A stretch of DNA of 64,000 bases from Myxococcota bacterium (GTDB lineage Bacteria; Myxococcota_A; UBA9160; UBA6930): NCBI GenBank assembly GCA_965223415.1, contig OZ245002.1, forward strand, positions 3,872,001-3,936,000, read 5' to 3'. Made by a program: the position numbers and the translations under genes. Of this stretch, positions 10,440 through 19,875 are shown one piece after another. Position 1 is the first letter of the stretch. The number at the start of each line of letters is the position of its first letter. The notes under the pieces are model-generated. The model searched no databases. It was not told the DNA's origin and saw nothing but the letters and a program-made list of their open reading frames with translations.

Positions 10440-10729
10440 CGACTTTCCTTGGCGAAGGCCGTCGCTTTTTTCAGGATCTCTCGCTCCATCTCGAGCGTCT
10501 TCACCTGCTTGCGGAGCGCCTTCAGCTCTTCGCGCTCAGCACTCGAGAGCGCTCCCGTGTTCGCTGGCGTTTCCTCCGCGTCCGCCTGCTTCACCCACTC
10601 GCGCACCGCGGTCTCCGTGAGATCCAGCTCACGCGAAACCGCGCCGACGCTCTTGCCGCTCCGGCGGATCAGCTCCACCACCTCGGCCTTGTACTCCCTC
10701 GTGAACTGCCGCCTCTTTCGCTTCGCCAT
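10436..10729 (-). CDS. IS3 transposase OrfA
   Basis: RRQFTREYKAEVV HTH; EREILKKA; ATGA overlap with orfB. Confidence 0.95.
   Translation of the reverse strand: MAKRKRRQFTREYKAEVVELIRRSGKSVGAVSRELDLTETAVREWVKQADAEETPANTGALSSAEREELKALRKQVKTLEMEREILKKATAFAKESR
10465..10471 (-). other. Probable -1 programmed frameshift site of the IS3 (AAAAAAG)
   Basis: A6G motif near the end of orfA, with orfB in the -1 frame. Confidence 0.75.
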
Positions 10730-11019
10730 GACACACTCCTAACGCACTTCCGTGCAAATTGATGTGTCTACGAAACCGGGGCAAGCTCAAGACCGAAGCG
10801 AAGGGGGCGAAACGGCACACCGTGAGCCTAGAGACTCTGCGGGCCATCTTACCCGTCCGTGCGAGAAGGACCCCGTCCCGGCCGAAGTTCCGGCGCGACG
10901 AACCGTTGGCTAGCCTGAATTCCTCTTGGCAATCCAACACATCGACGAAGGTCTCTGGGAACTCAGGAGGCACTCCCGGTTCGCCCGTCAAAGAATCCCA
11001 GCCAGAACCACACTCGTGC

Positions 11020-11154
11020 GACTCGCGCACGGCGGCTTCGGTCGATTGCTTCTTCGTTCGGGACATCTCGACACTCTCCTCGGGGGCCATCGCCCCCTGA
11101 AAGTGTCTCTTAGCTCAGGGGCCTTCGGAGTCCGAATCCTGCTGACGGGCTACA
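11020..11154 (-). mobile_element. Probable truncated left end of a second IS3-type element
   Basis: Begins TGTAGCCCGTCAG; GAGGAG RBS followed by MSRTKKQSTEAAVRE, which resembles the start of some IS3 OrfA proteins and then breaks off. Confidence 0.45.
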
Positions 11155-11274
11155 CGAAGCGACGAACCGCTTCATGCACGATGCGGGCCTGCGATCCCGG
11201 TGCGACTCGCGCCCACCCGCTGGCCCGAGGCGAACGCGCGCGTCGGCGCCGAGGTGAGCCATCCGGCGTTGCCG

Positions 11275-11904
11275 CTAGCGTCGCCCCGAGCCCGCCATCC
11301 CCGCCAGCACGACTGCAACGCCGAGCCCGGCCAGCGAGAGGCCGAGGACGACCGTTCCGGGAAGCGCCCCGACGGCGGCTCGCGGCACGAGTTCGGCAGG
11401 GCTCTCGAGCGGGCTCGGATGGGTCGACAGCTTGACGAGCCACGCCAGCGCCTGGGTCGCGAAGAGGTAGACGTACACCCGGCGAAGTCGCCGCGCCGCG
11501 GCCCTGGTGAGGGGCATGGTCGGCGCGGTCGCGCCGAGGTGGGGCGTGAGCTCGGCCTCGAGCTCGTCCAGGGCGACCGTCGCCGAGCTCTCGGCTCCCC
11601 CGACCGCCGCCGCCCGTGCGATCAAGCCTCGCTCGAGGATCAGCGCCCGCTGCTGCCACAGGTGGTAGAAGGTCAGGCGCCGCGCCTCGAGGAGCAGGAA
11701 GATGACGGTGAGGAAGGCGGCGATGTAGACGACGTAGTGCGGAGAGGTCCGGTCGCCGAGGGCGAAGGAGGTGACCGCGGCGGTCGTGCCGATCGCCCAG
11801 TTCGTGGTGGTGTCCATCCGCATCCGCCAGATGTCGGCTCGTCCGACCATCGCGCGGTAGTAGTGGATCAGGATCGTGGCACGGGTGCCGTCCTCGATCT
11901 TCAT
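11275..11904 (-). CDS. DUF2270-family membrane protein
   Basis: HYYRAMVGRADIWRMRMDTTTNWAI and EARR motifs; TM helices. Confidence 0.85.
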   Translation of the reverse strand: MKIEDGTRATILIHYYRAMVGRADIWRMRMDTTTNWAIGTTAAVTSFALGDRTSPHYVVYIAAFLTVIFLLLEARRLTFYHLWQQRALILERGLIARAAAVGGAESSATVALDELEAELTPHLGATAPTMPLTRAAARRLRRVYVYLFATQALAWLVKLSTHPSPLESPAELVPRAAVGALPGTVVLGLSLAGLGVAVVLAGMAGSGRR

Positions 11905-12011
11905 CGTCGAGTGATTTCCCCCTGGTGTTCCGGACGGTACCGAAGGAAAGGGGGACCCTGCTGCCGCGCTCAGAAGCGCCGCCCGCCGAGGCCTGGCATC
12001 CTCGCTGCCCC

Positions 12012-14249
12012 ATGAAGCGGCTCCTCCTCGCATCCCTCATCCTGCTCGTTCTCGTCGTGGGCGTGGGCATCCTCGCTGCCCTCGGCGGGTTCGGCCGCAC
12101 CCAGGACCGCGGTGTCCTCACCGCGGCCCCGAGGGATGCCTCCGTGGTGGCGGAGCGGGGCGCGCGGCAGGATCGTGCTCGGACCGCGCTGGGCGTCGCC
12201 AGAGCGAAGCAGATCCTGTTCGGCGATCTGCACGTCCACACCACCTACTCGCTCGACGCCTTCTCGGTGAGTCTTCCCATGGCCGGAGGCGAAGGCAGTC
12301 ACCCGCCCGGCGATGCCTGCGACTTCGCGCGCTTCTGCTCGGCCCTCGACTTCTGGTCCATCAACGACCACGCCGAGAGCCTCACGCCCTACCACTGGCA
12401 GGAGACCAAGGAAGCTGTGCGGCAGTGCAACGCGGTGGCCGGCGATCCCGCGAACCCGGACCTCGTGACCTTCCTGGGCTGGGAGTGGACCCAGATCGGC
12501 ACCACCGCCGAGGACCACTACGGCCACAAGAACGTGGTCCTGCTCGGCACGGCGGACGACGAGGTGCCCACCCGGCCGATCGCGTCCCGGCGCGAGCTCT
12601 TCCCGGCCATCAATCCCTTCAGTCTTCCCGTTCGCATGGCGCTCATCGCTGCTGCGCCGGGTGGGGGAGGGCGCCAGCCGTACCTCGACTTCGCCCGCTA
12701 CCTGGAGGACCGGGCGTCGGTTCCCCCGTGTCCCCCGGGCGAGGACGTGCGTACCCTTCCCGCGGATTGCGCCGAGAGCGCGGCGACGCCGAGCGAGCTC
12801 TTCGCGCGGCTCGACCAGTGGGGCTTCCCGCGGCTCGTCATTCCCCACGGCAACACCTGGGGCATCTACACGCCGCCGCGCTCGAGCTGGGACAAGCAGC
12901 TGCGTGCCCACGAGGACCCGGAGCGGGACGAGTTCCTGATCGAGGTGTTCTCGGGCCACGGGAACATCGAGGCCTATCGGAGCTGGCGTGCCCTGGACGA
13001 GGGCCCGGACGGGAGGCTCCATTGCCCGGCACCGCGGGACGACTACCTGCCCTCGTGCTGGCAGGCCGGCGAGATCATTCGCACGCGTTGTCTCGCGGCC
13101 GGCGAGGGCGAGGAGGAATGCGAGCGCCGCGCCGTCCTCGCCAGGGCCCACCACGTGGAGGGGCGGGATGCCGGCCACCAGACGGTGCCGGGGGCCACGG
13201 TCGAGGAGTGGCTCGACGCCGGCCAGTGTCGGGACTGCTATCTCCCAGCCTTCAACTACCGCCCGGCCGGCTCGGTCCAGTACGCCCTGGCCCTGCGCGA
13301 CCGGAACACGCCGGATGCGCCGAAGCGCTTCCGCTTCGGCCTGCTCGGCTCGAGCGACGTCCACAGCGCGCGCCCGGGCAACGGCTACAAGGAGTTCGCG
13401 CGGCGGCGCATGAGCGACGCCAACCTCGGGGCCGTCGGCGGCAGCGCCCTGCTGCCCGAGCAGGAGCCCGTGCCCCACTCGGTTCCGCTCCAGCCGGGCG
13501 CCACCGTGGCCCCGGAGTTCGAGCGCTTCACGTCCTTCTTCGGCCTCGGCGGGCTCGTCGCCGTGCACAGCGAAGGCCGCGACCGCCAGGCGATCTGGGA
13601 CGCCCTCGAGCGCCGCGAGGTCTACGGGACCAGCGGCGGACGGATCCTCCTCTGGTTCGATCTCGAGGGCGAGGAGCGTCCGATCCCGATGGGCTCGTCC
13701 GTCGAGGGCTCCCGGGCGCCCCGCTTCTCCGTGCGGGCCCTGGGCGCCTTCGAGCAGAAGCCGGGCTGCCCGCCCGACGTGGTGGGCTCTCTTTCCGCCG
13801 ACCGGATCGCCCGCCTGTGTGCGGGCGAGTGCTACCACCCCTCCGATCGCCGCCATCCCATCGACCGGATCGAGGTGGTGCGCATCCGCCCGCAGGTGTC
13901 TGCCGACGAGGACGTGGCCGCCCTCATCGAGGACCCGTGGAGGGTCCTCCCGTGCGCCGATGCCGGCTCCGCCGGCTGCCAGGTGTCCTTCGAGGACGCC
14001 TCTTTCCCCGGCGCGGGCCGGGACACGGTCTACTACGTGCGCGCCCACCAGGCCGCAACGCCCACCGTCAACGCCGGCAACCTGCGCTGCCGCACCGACG
14101 AGGAGGGGGCCTGCGTGGCGATCGATCCCTGTACCGTCGACGGCAAGACCCCGACTGACGACGACTGCCTCGCGCCGGCCGAGGAGCGGGCCTGGTCCTC
14201 ACCGATCTTCGTGGATTTCGCGGAGGGGGAAGGCCCCCCGGACACCTGA
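12012..14249 (+). CDS. DUF3604-family PHP-like metal-dependent protein, N-terminally anchored, Cys-rich
   Basis: FGDLHVHTTYSLDA, INDHAE, GWEWT, GSSDVHSARPG, EVYGTSG, ERAWSSPIF. Confidence 0.85.
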   Translation: MKRLLLASLILLVLVVGVGILAALGGFGRTQDRGVLTAAPRDASVVAERGARQDRARTALGVARAKQILFGDLHVHTTYSLDAFSVSLPMAGGEGSHPPGDACDFARFCSALDFWSINDHAESLTPYHWQETKEAVRQCNAVAGDPANPDLVTFLGWEWTQIGTTAEDHYGHKNVVLLGTADDEVPTRPIASRRELFPAINPFSLPVRMALIAAAPGGGGRQPYLDFARYLEDRASVPPCPPGEDVRTLPADCAESAATPSELFARLDQWGFPRLVIPHGNTWGIYTPPRSSWDKQLRAHEDPERDEFLIEVFSGHGNIEAYRSWRALDEGPDGRLHCPAPRDDYLPSCWQAGEIIRTRCLAAGEGEEECERRAVLARAHHVEGRDAGHQTVPGATVEEWLDAGQCRDCYLPAFNYRPAGSVQYALALRDRNTPDAPKRFRFGLLGSSDVHSARPGNGYKEFARRRMSDANLGAVGGSALLPEQEPVPHSVPLQPGATVAPEFERFTSFFGLGGLVAVHSEGRDRQAIWDALERREVYGTSGGRILLWFDLEGEERPIPMGSSVEGSRAPRFSVRALGAFEQKPGCPPDVVGSLSADRIARLCAGECYHPSDRRHPIDRIEVVRIRPQVSADEDVAALIEDPWRVLPCADAGSAGCQVSFEDASFPGAGRDTVYYVRAHQAATPTVNAGNLRCRTDEEGACVAIDPCTVDGKTPTDDDCLAPAEERAWSSPIFVDFAEGEGPPDT

Positions 14250-16748
14250 TCAGGGCCTAGGCCCCTGCTCCTCGCTCTCGTCCGGCAGGGCTCCGAAGCC
14301 GATCTCGCCCAGCGACGGGTCGGCTCCGATCTTGAGGCGCAGTGCCGGCGGCCAGTCGAACACGATGTCCGCGCGGACGGGACCGATCGAGAAACGGGTG
14401 TGAAGGGGGCCCGGCTCCCACGCGGGTAGCTTCACGTGTTGGATCTCCGGGGCGCGGTCCGGGTGAACCGTGACGAGGTGGACGCCGCCTTCCTCCGAAT
14501 CCGCCACGTCGTCGAGGCGAACGTCCCTGCCGTCGCCGACGGCCCGGAACTCTCGCAGCCACTTCGGCGGAGCGCTGCTGCGGAACGGCAGGAGATGCAG
14601 GAAGGGCTTCTTCGTCCACCGGAACTCGTCCGGTGTCCAGCGGCGCCCGGCCGTCTCCCAGGCGATCTGCCCCTCGTCGTTGGCCCAGTGAAGCTCTGGA
14701 TCCGTCACGTTGTTGTGCCCGAAAAAGAGCGCGTCGATGCCGCAGGCGCGGCAATCACCCGCCCGCATGTGGTGGTCGATGAGGCTCACGAGGCCTTCTG
14801 CTCCGTACCACTCACCGACGGGCTCGAAGCCCCAGGGCGTGATCGAGCGCCGCATCCACTCCTCCTGCAAGCGAATCAGCACGCTGCCGTTCACGAGCCG
14901 CGTCCCGTGGTGCATGAGCGGCGTGACGCCGGGCAGCCAGGTGTCCCACCAGGGCGATTGGAGGAGGCCGAGGTAGCCGCCGGTCCACAGGCTCCCGAGG
15001 ACGTCGATCTCGTCGTAGAGGCCGAACTGGCCGCTGCCGCGCTCCTTCGGCGTGTAGCCGCGCGGGTCGTGGTGCATGAAGAGGAACTGGTGGCCCTTCG
15101 GCTCCGAGGCCGACCGGCGGCCGAGCTGGGTGAGGGAGCGATCGAGCCAATCGAGATCCCGATGGCCCACGCCGCCGCCCCAGTTCAACGAGGCGCCACC
15201 CGTGGTGGAGCGTTCCTCCGGGCGGAGCCCGTAGGAATTCAGGCCGAAGAACCCGTGACCGCGAAACCGAAACGCGTAGGATGTGGCGCCCAGCGCGTAC
15301 TCCCACTCGACCAGTCCGTCGTAGCGTGGCTCGTTGCGGAATGGTGCCGGCGACGGAGGCCGGAAGAGGATCGGCATGTCGCCCACGACGCGATCGAGCA
15401 TGCGACGAACGCCGAGGGGGAAGGGCGCGATCGCCAGGTTGACGACGCCGCCGTAGCCCACGAACCCGTCGTGGTTGCCCGGCACCGCGACGAAGGGCCG
15501 CTCGAAGCCGCGAATCGCCCCAGCCAGGCGGGGATACTCCTCGGAGTAGACCGAAAGCGGCGGCGCCAGCCCGAGCATGTTCGTCACCATGGACATGATG
15601 GCACTGCCCGCCTCCCCATCCGCCAGATCGCCGGCGAGCAGGACGAAGGAGATCGCGTCGATTCCCGCGTTCTCGAGGGGGCGGCGGAAGGGATCCTCCT
15701 TGTTCTCGATCATCTCGAAGACCCGGCGTAGGCGCCTCGCACTCTTGCTGTCCTGGACGTCCCCAGTCACCGCGAACATGAAGGGAGCCTCGTCCACACC
15801 GTCGTCGAGCAGAACGCCTGCCGGTGACAGGTCCCGGAAGTAGAGAGCCTCGAGCGCCGCGACGACGTCCTGCTCGTCTCCGCTCGCCGCCGCGGCGACG
15901 ACGTCGCTGAGGCGGGGCCAGAAGTGCTTCATCGGGTGATTGCAGGTGTCGTAGGAGAGCCGCAGGGCCTTCCGGAGCGGCCGTCGGGCGCACTGGAACA
16001 CCCGCGACACGTCGTCGACGAGGGTGGTCCACTCGTCCGCGCCTTCGTCGAGGTATCCGCGGAGGGCTGCGAGGTCTCCCGTTCGCAGTGCGGCCTCGAA
16101 GGGGTTCGCATCCGTCCGGGGTGCGAAGCGCGGTACGGCGCGGAGCCAGTAGTAGCCGCCCGGTAGGTCCTCCGATCCGATCCGAAGCACGTAGGCCCGT
16201 AGGTCCCGGTCCGGGTGGACCACGAGCTGGCTCCGCTCGAAGACAAACTCGATGTCGGATTCGGACCACACGTCGGTTGGGGCGATCGCGATCCCCTGTC
16301 CCTCCGCCGCCGGCTCCAGCCAGAACGAAGTCAACCGCCCATCGAAACGAACGCGGGTCGGCCGTTCGGCGAATCGCTCCCGACGTCCCGTCGCGACACC
16401 GTCGTCTTCGAGGATCCAGGGGACGTACCACGCGCCGCCGCAACGCTCTGCGAACGCCGGACTCACGAGGCGCGGGAAGAGCTGGAGCGGCGGGTGCTCG
16501 GGGAGGCGGATCTGCTTCCTGCGCGGAAGCGCGAGATCCCCGAGCCCGAGCATGGCGTCGCGAAGAGCTGCGCGGGCACAGGAGGCGGCGTCCGCTGGCG
16601 GGCCGGTCGGCGTCTGGGAGGCGATCGAAGCCTCGGCACGCAGGGGGAAGGTGCCCGCAGGCGCGACCTGCCCCCACGGCTCGATCGTGGCACAGCCTGG
16701 AAGCAGTCCCGTCGTCACGAGGACTGCGACGATCTTCGCGCCTCTCAT
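14250..16748 (-). CDS. Large lipoprotein with a calcineurin-like metallophosphoesterase domain
   Basis: Signal peptide with lipobox-like LLPGC; GDVQ, AGDLADG, PGNHDG, MHHDP and FGHN motifs. Confidence 0.7.
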   Translation of the reverse strand: MRGAKIVAVLVTTGLLPGCATIEPWGQVAPAGTFPLRAEASIASQTPTGPPADAASCARAALRDAMLGLGDLALPRRKQIRLPEHPPLQLFPRLVSPAFAERCGGAWYVPWILEDDGVATGRRERFAERPTRVRFDGRLTSFWLEPAAEGQGIAIAPTDVWSESDIEFVFERSQLVVHPDRDLRAYVLRIGSEDLPGGYYWLRAVPRFAPRTDANPFEAALRTGDLAALRGYLDEGADEWTTLVDDVSRVFQCARRPLRKALRLSYDTCNHPMKHFWPRLSDVVAAAASGDEQDVVAALEALYFRDLSPAGVLLDDGVDEAPFMFAVTGDVQDSKSARRLRRVFEMIENKEDPFRRPLENAGIDAISFVLLAGDLADGEAGSAIMSMVTNMLGLAPPLSVYSEEYPRLAGAIRGFERPFVAVPGNHDGFVGYGGVVNLAIAPFPLGVRRMLDRVVGDMPILFRPPSPAPFRNEPRYDGLVEWEYALGATSYAFRFRGHGFFGLNSYGLRPEERSTTGGASLNWGGGVGHRDLDWLDRSLTQLGRRSASEPKGHQFLFMHHDPRGYTPKERGSGQFGLYDEIDVLGSLWTGGYLGLLQSPWWDTWLPGVTPLMHHGTRLVNGSVLIRLQEEWMRRSITPWGFEPVGEWYGAEGLVSLIDHHMRAGDCRACGIDALFFGHNNVTDPELHWANDEGQIAWETAGRRWTPDEFRWTKKPFLHLLPFRSSAPPKWLREFRAVGDGRDVRLDDVADSEEGGVHLVTVHPDRAPEIQHVKLPAWEPGPLHTRFSIGPVRADIVFDWPPALRLKIGADPSLGEIGFGALPDESEEQGPRP

Positions 16749-16902
16749 CTCACGCTCTCCTTGCAGCCCGGCACGGGGATGTGCGACATCCTACGCGCTC
16801 TCCGGACCCGTGGAATCACCTAAACCGGGCGGACCTGCCGGGGCCGGGCCAGTCCCGAGCCCGCACGACTGCGTGCCGAGCCCGCGGCCCTATTCTCGAG
16901 CC

Positions 16903-17835
16903 ATGTCCCCTGGCGATCGGCGAGGACCGACGGACTCGGAGGTCGGCGAGCCCGAGGCGCGTGCCCTCGTGGCGCAGCTGGCGCCCGAGCTCGCCGACGA
17001 GAGGCTCCAACGCGCGGCGCACGGAGTCGAGAAGCAGGTGTGGCTCGTCGGCTCGCGTCACATGCTCCGCCTTCCCCGGTCTGCCCGGGCGGCGCGGCGG
17101 ATGGAGGTCGAGCGACGTGTGCTCCGGCGCATCCACGGGTGCCTGCCCCTTCCCACGCCCGAGCTTCTCGCCGTCTCCGAGGCACCCGACGCCGACCTGT
17201 GTCGCCGCGCGCCGGGGCGCCCCCTCGACTGGCGGGAGTGGGCGGCCCTCCCGATGACGACACGACGCGCCGTGCGGGCTCCGTTCGGCGAGTTCCTCGC
17301 GTCGCTCCACGCCGCGATGTCCCTCGAAGAGGCGAGAGGTCTGGGCGTGCGGGAGCTCCTCTGGCCTCCCATCGAGCAGGTGCGCGAGGTGCTCGATGGC
17401 CGCATGGGCGAGCCGGCCCGCGAGGCCCTGCTCGAGGGCGTGCTCGATGCCGCTCCGCGCTTCCAGCGGGAGCCCCGGGAGAAAGTGCTCCTGCACGGAG
17501 ATCTCTCCCACCACAACATCGCCTTCGACGCGGAGAGCCTGAGACCCACCGGCGTGTTCGACTTCGCGGACGTGTCGGTCGGCGATGCCCACCGCGACCT
17601 GCGCTACGACCCGGGCCTCGAGGAGGGGGACGACACGGCGGTGCGCGCCTACGAACGCGCGCGGGGAGGCGGTGTCTCGATCTCGCGGCCCCTGCAGCGT
17701 GCATGGCATGCCTGGTCGGCGCTCGCCAATCTCGCCTGGTCGCTCCGCAACGAGGGCGAGGAGCTGCAGCGCGCCCGCTTCGGCTGGGTGGACGCGGTCG
17801 CGGCGTGGGACCGGCGGTTCCTGGACGAGCTCTGA
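16903..17835 (+). CDS. Aminoglycoside phosphotransferase (APH)-like kinase
   Basis: LLHGDLSHHNI and VFDFAD...GDAHRDL. Confidence 0.85.
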   Translation: MSPGDRRGPTDSEVGEPEARALVAQLAPELADERLQRAAHGVEKQVWLVGSRHMLRLPRSARAARRMEVERRVLRRIHGCLPLPTPELLAVSEAPDADLCRRAPGRPLDWREWAALPMTTRRAVRAPFGEFLASLHAAMSLEEARGLGVRELLWPPIEQVREVLDGRMGEPAREALLEGVLDAAPRFQREPREKVLLHGDLSHHNIAFDAESLRPTGVFDFADVSVGDAHRDLRYDPGLEEGDDTAVRAYERARGGGVSISRPLQRAWHAWSALANLAWSLRNEGEELQRARFGWVDAVAAWDRRFLDEL

Positions 17836-17843
17836 GCCCTGCC

Positions 17844-18737
17844 CTAGGGAACCGGCCAGGTATCCGGTGACCAGATCTCCTGGTCCTCGCCATGGCAGCC
17901 GCCGCCCGCGCCGGACCAGCGCGTCAGGCTCATCCACGCGAACTGGCCCGGGGTCGCCTGCTTCGCGAGGCGGGAGAGGCACTCGCCCTCCACTTCGAGG
18001 CCGCGGCCGGCCTCGTCGGTCGCCTCGAGGGCGACCCGCTCCGGGTAGCCCCGCGTGCTGCGTTCGAGGACCCGACGCCGTCCGCCGACGAGGAGCTTCT
18101 TCTCTCCATCGCGCACCAGGAAGCCCGCGACGATGCGCTCCTCGCCCTCCAGCTCGAAGGCGTAGGCCAGGAACGACTCGTCCCGGCCGGTGATGCCGTA
18201 GCTGTAGGCGCCGCGGGTGCGGCGCAGGTCGTCCCGCGGGCCCCAGGAGCGGTCGCGCATCTCGAAGCCGTCGATGGCGATCTCCTCGCCGCAAAGGCTC
18301 AGGCGGCCGGTGACGTGGCAGGGCTGGTCCAGGTGGCCCTGCTCTGGCGACACTCGCGCTGCGTGGACCGGGATCAGGCCCCGGTACTCGAGGTCGAGGG
18401 CGATGCGATCGCCATCGCGGTAGGTCACCTGGTAGGCGCGGAGCGGCTCGAGCCGGCGGATCCGCAGGCCCGCGATCTCGATGTCGGTGAGCTCCGCTTC
18501 CGGCATCGGGACGTGCCAGAGCCAGCGCGCGTAGCGGGCGCGCCAAGGCTCGAAGGCGCCCGCATCCCAGACCGCCACGCCCAGGGCGCAGACCCGGAGC
18601 TGGCTGCGGAAGAGGGGGTAGAGGGTGCCGGCCAGGCCGCGCTCCGGCGCGGAGAAGGCGAACCAGGAGGTCTCCGCCCAGGTCGGATCGGGCTCCGTGG
18701 GCGGATGGAAGAGGTCGTCCTTCTCGGTGGCCGTCAT
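17844..18737 (-). CDS. Conserved hypothetical protein (lipocalin/hydratase-like fold suspected)
   Basis: WAETSWF, HLDQPCHVTG, MRDRSWGPR; ATGA overlap with the upstream kinase. Confidence 0.7.
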   Translation of the reverse strand: MTATEKDDLFHPPTEPDPTWAETSWFAFSAPERGLAGTLYPLFRSQLRVCALGVAVWDAGAFEPWRARYARWLWHVPMPEAELTDIEIAGLRIRRLEPLRAYQVTYRDGDRIALDLEYRGLIPVHAARVSPEQGHLDQPCHVTGRLSLCGEEIAIDGFEMRDRSWGPRDDLRRTRGAYSYGITGRDESFLAYAFELEGEERIVAGFLVRDGEKKLLVGGRRRVLERSTRGYPERVALEATDEAGRGLEVEGECLSRLAKQATPGQFAWMSLTRWSGAGGGCHGEDQEIWSPDTWPVP

Positions 18738-19828
18738 CGCGGGTCTTTCCAGGGCGGGAGCCGGCCCACCATCGCCCGCAGGGTCGGATCCGTCTCCTGG
18801 CGGCGCCGGGCCTCCTCCTCGAAGGCGTCCAGTCCCGTGTTGAGGCAGCCGGCCTCGCGCAACGCGCGCGGCATGAGCACGCCGAGCAGGGGAAGCAGGA
18901 GGGCGTGGACCGTGGTGTCCATGGGCCCGGCGTCGCCCGCCGCGCTCGCGTGGGCCAGGGCGATCTCGCAGGAGATCGCCATGCGCAGCATGACGAGTGC
19001 CCGATAGAAGGCGATGCGGTCTCCGTCGAGGGGGATCCCGGTCTCCCCGGACCAGGCGGTCAAGGCGGTGCTCCACTCGCGCCCGGCCAGATGGGAGCGG
19101 ACCCGCACCCAGGCCAGGTCGTCGTGGGGATCACCGAGGTGGGCGAACTCCCAGTCGAGGAGCGCCGTGACCCGGCGGCCGTCGTGGAGGAAGTTGCCGT
19201 GGCCCGCGTCGCCGTGACAGAGCGCCGTGCGCTCCACCTGCTCCGGCGCGTTCCGGTCGAGCCAGCCCGCGGCGAAGCGCATCAGCTCCGAGGGCCGAGG
19301 GACCTTGTCCTGCTGGAAGCGGGTCCAGCGCGCGAGCTCGAGCCGCGCGTGGTCTTCCGCGGTCCGCGGCCGGGCCATGTCGCCGAGGGAGAGCCCCGCC
19401 GGCTCGACGGCGTGGAGCTCGGCCAGGGCGCGGCCGAAGTCCCGCTCGATCTCCTCGAGCTCGGCGGGGGACAGCTCCGCCAGGTTCTCCGTGCCCGCGG
19501 CTCGCTCGATGAGCAGCGAGAGCCCGTCCGCCGATTCGGCCAGCAGGCGGGGGATCCGCACCGGGCGGTCGGCGAGGGCGCGGTACACCACCGCCTCGTG
19601 GGCCAGGTCGATCTCCGTCCCCGAGAGCGGACCGTCGCCGCTGTCGTGGCGCAGCACGAGCTCCCGGCGCGAGCCGTCGTCGCACTCCACGTCGACGAGG
19701 AAGGTGAGGCGCGACGAGCCCACAGGCGCCCGGTCGAATCGCACGACCCGGCCGCCCGCCGCTTCGCCGGCGAAGCGGCGCAGGCCCCTCTCTCCGTCCG
19801 CACGGTCCGCACCGTCTGCACGCGCCAA
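18734..19828 (-). CDS. APH-family phosphotransferase (ACAD10/11 kinase-like)
   Basis: LCHGDAGHGNFL, LLDWEFAHLGDPHDDLAW. Confidence 0.85.
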   Translation of the reverse strand: MARADGADRADGERGLRRFAGEAAGGRVVRFDRAPVGSSRLTFLVDVECDDGSRRELVLRHDSGDGPLSGTEIDLAHEAVVYRALADRPVRIPRLLAESADGLSLLIERAAGTENLAELSPAELEEIERDFGRALAELHAVEPAGLSLGDMARPRTAEDHARLELARWTRFQQDKVPRPSELMRFAAGWLDRNAPEQVERTALCHGDAGHGNFLHDGRRVTALLDWEFAHLGDPHDDLAWVRVRSHLAGREWSTALTAWSGETGIPLDGDRIAFYRALVMLRMAISCEIALAHASAAGDAGPMDTTVHALLLPLLGVLMPRALREAGCLNTGLDAFEEEARRRQETDPTLRAMVGRLPPWKDPR

Positions 19829-19875
19829 CGAGCGCTCCTTCGCCGGGTGCAGACGCTAGCTCAGGGCAGGGCGGC

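Larger units (their letters stand above)
9470..10789 (-). mobile_element. IS3-family insertion sequence
   Basis: TG...CA ends; 26-bp TIRs TGGCCCTGCCCCGATCTCGTAGACAC / TGAGCTTGCCCCGGTTTCGTAGACAC (21/26); orfA plus orfB; no flanking duplication. Confidence 0.93.
2351..11154. mobile_element. Accessory/defence island downstream of tRNA-Pro (degenerate; no integrase seen)
   Basis: Visibly less GC-rich than the flanks; contains a defence operon, three complete IS elements and an IS remnant; right boundary approximate. Confidence 0.7.

Noticed and set aside
4236..10789. Composite transposon carrying the defence genes
   Set aside because: The ISs belong to three different families and two sit inside the genes with their own target duplications.
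16903..17835. Aminoglycoside resistance gene
   Set aside because: Only generic APH/choline-kinase fold motifs; three such kinases occur here, two in apparent lipid-catabolic contexts.
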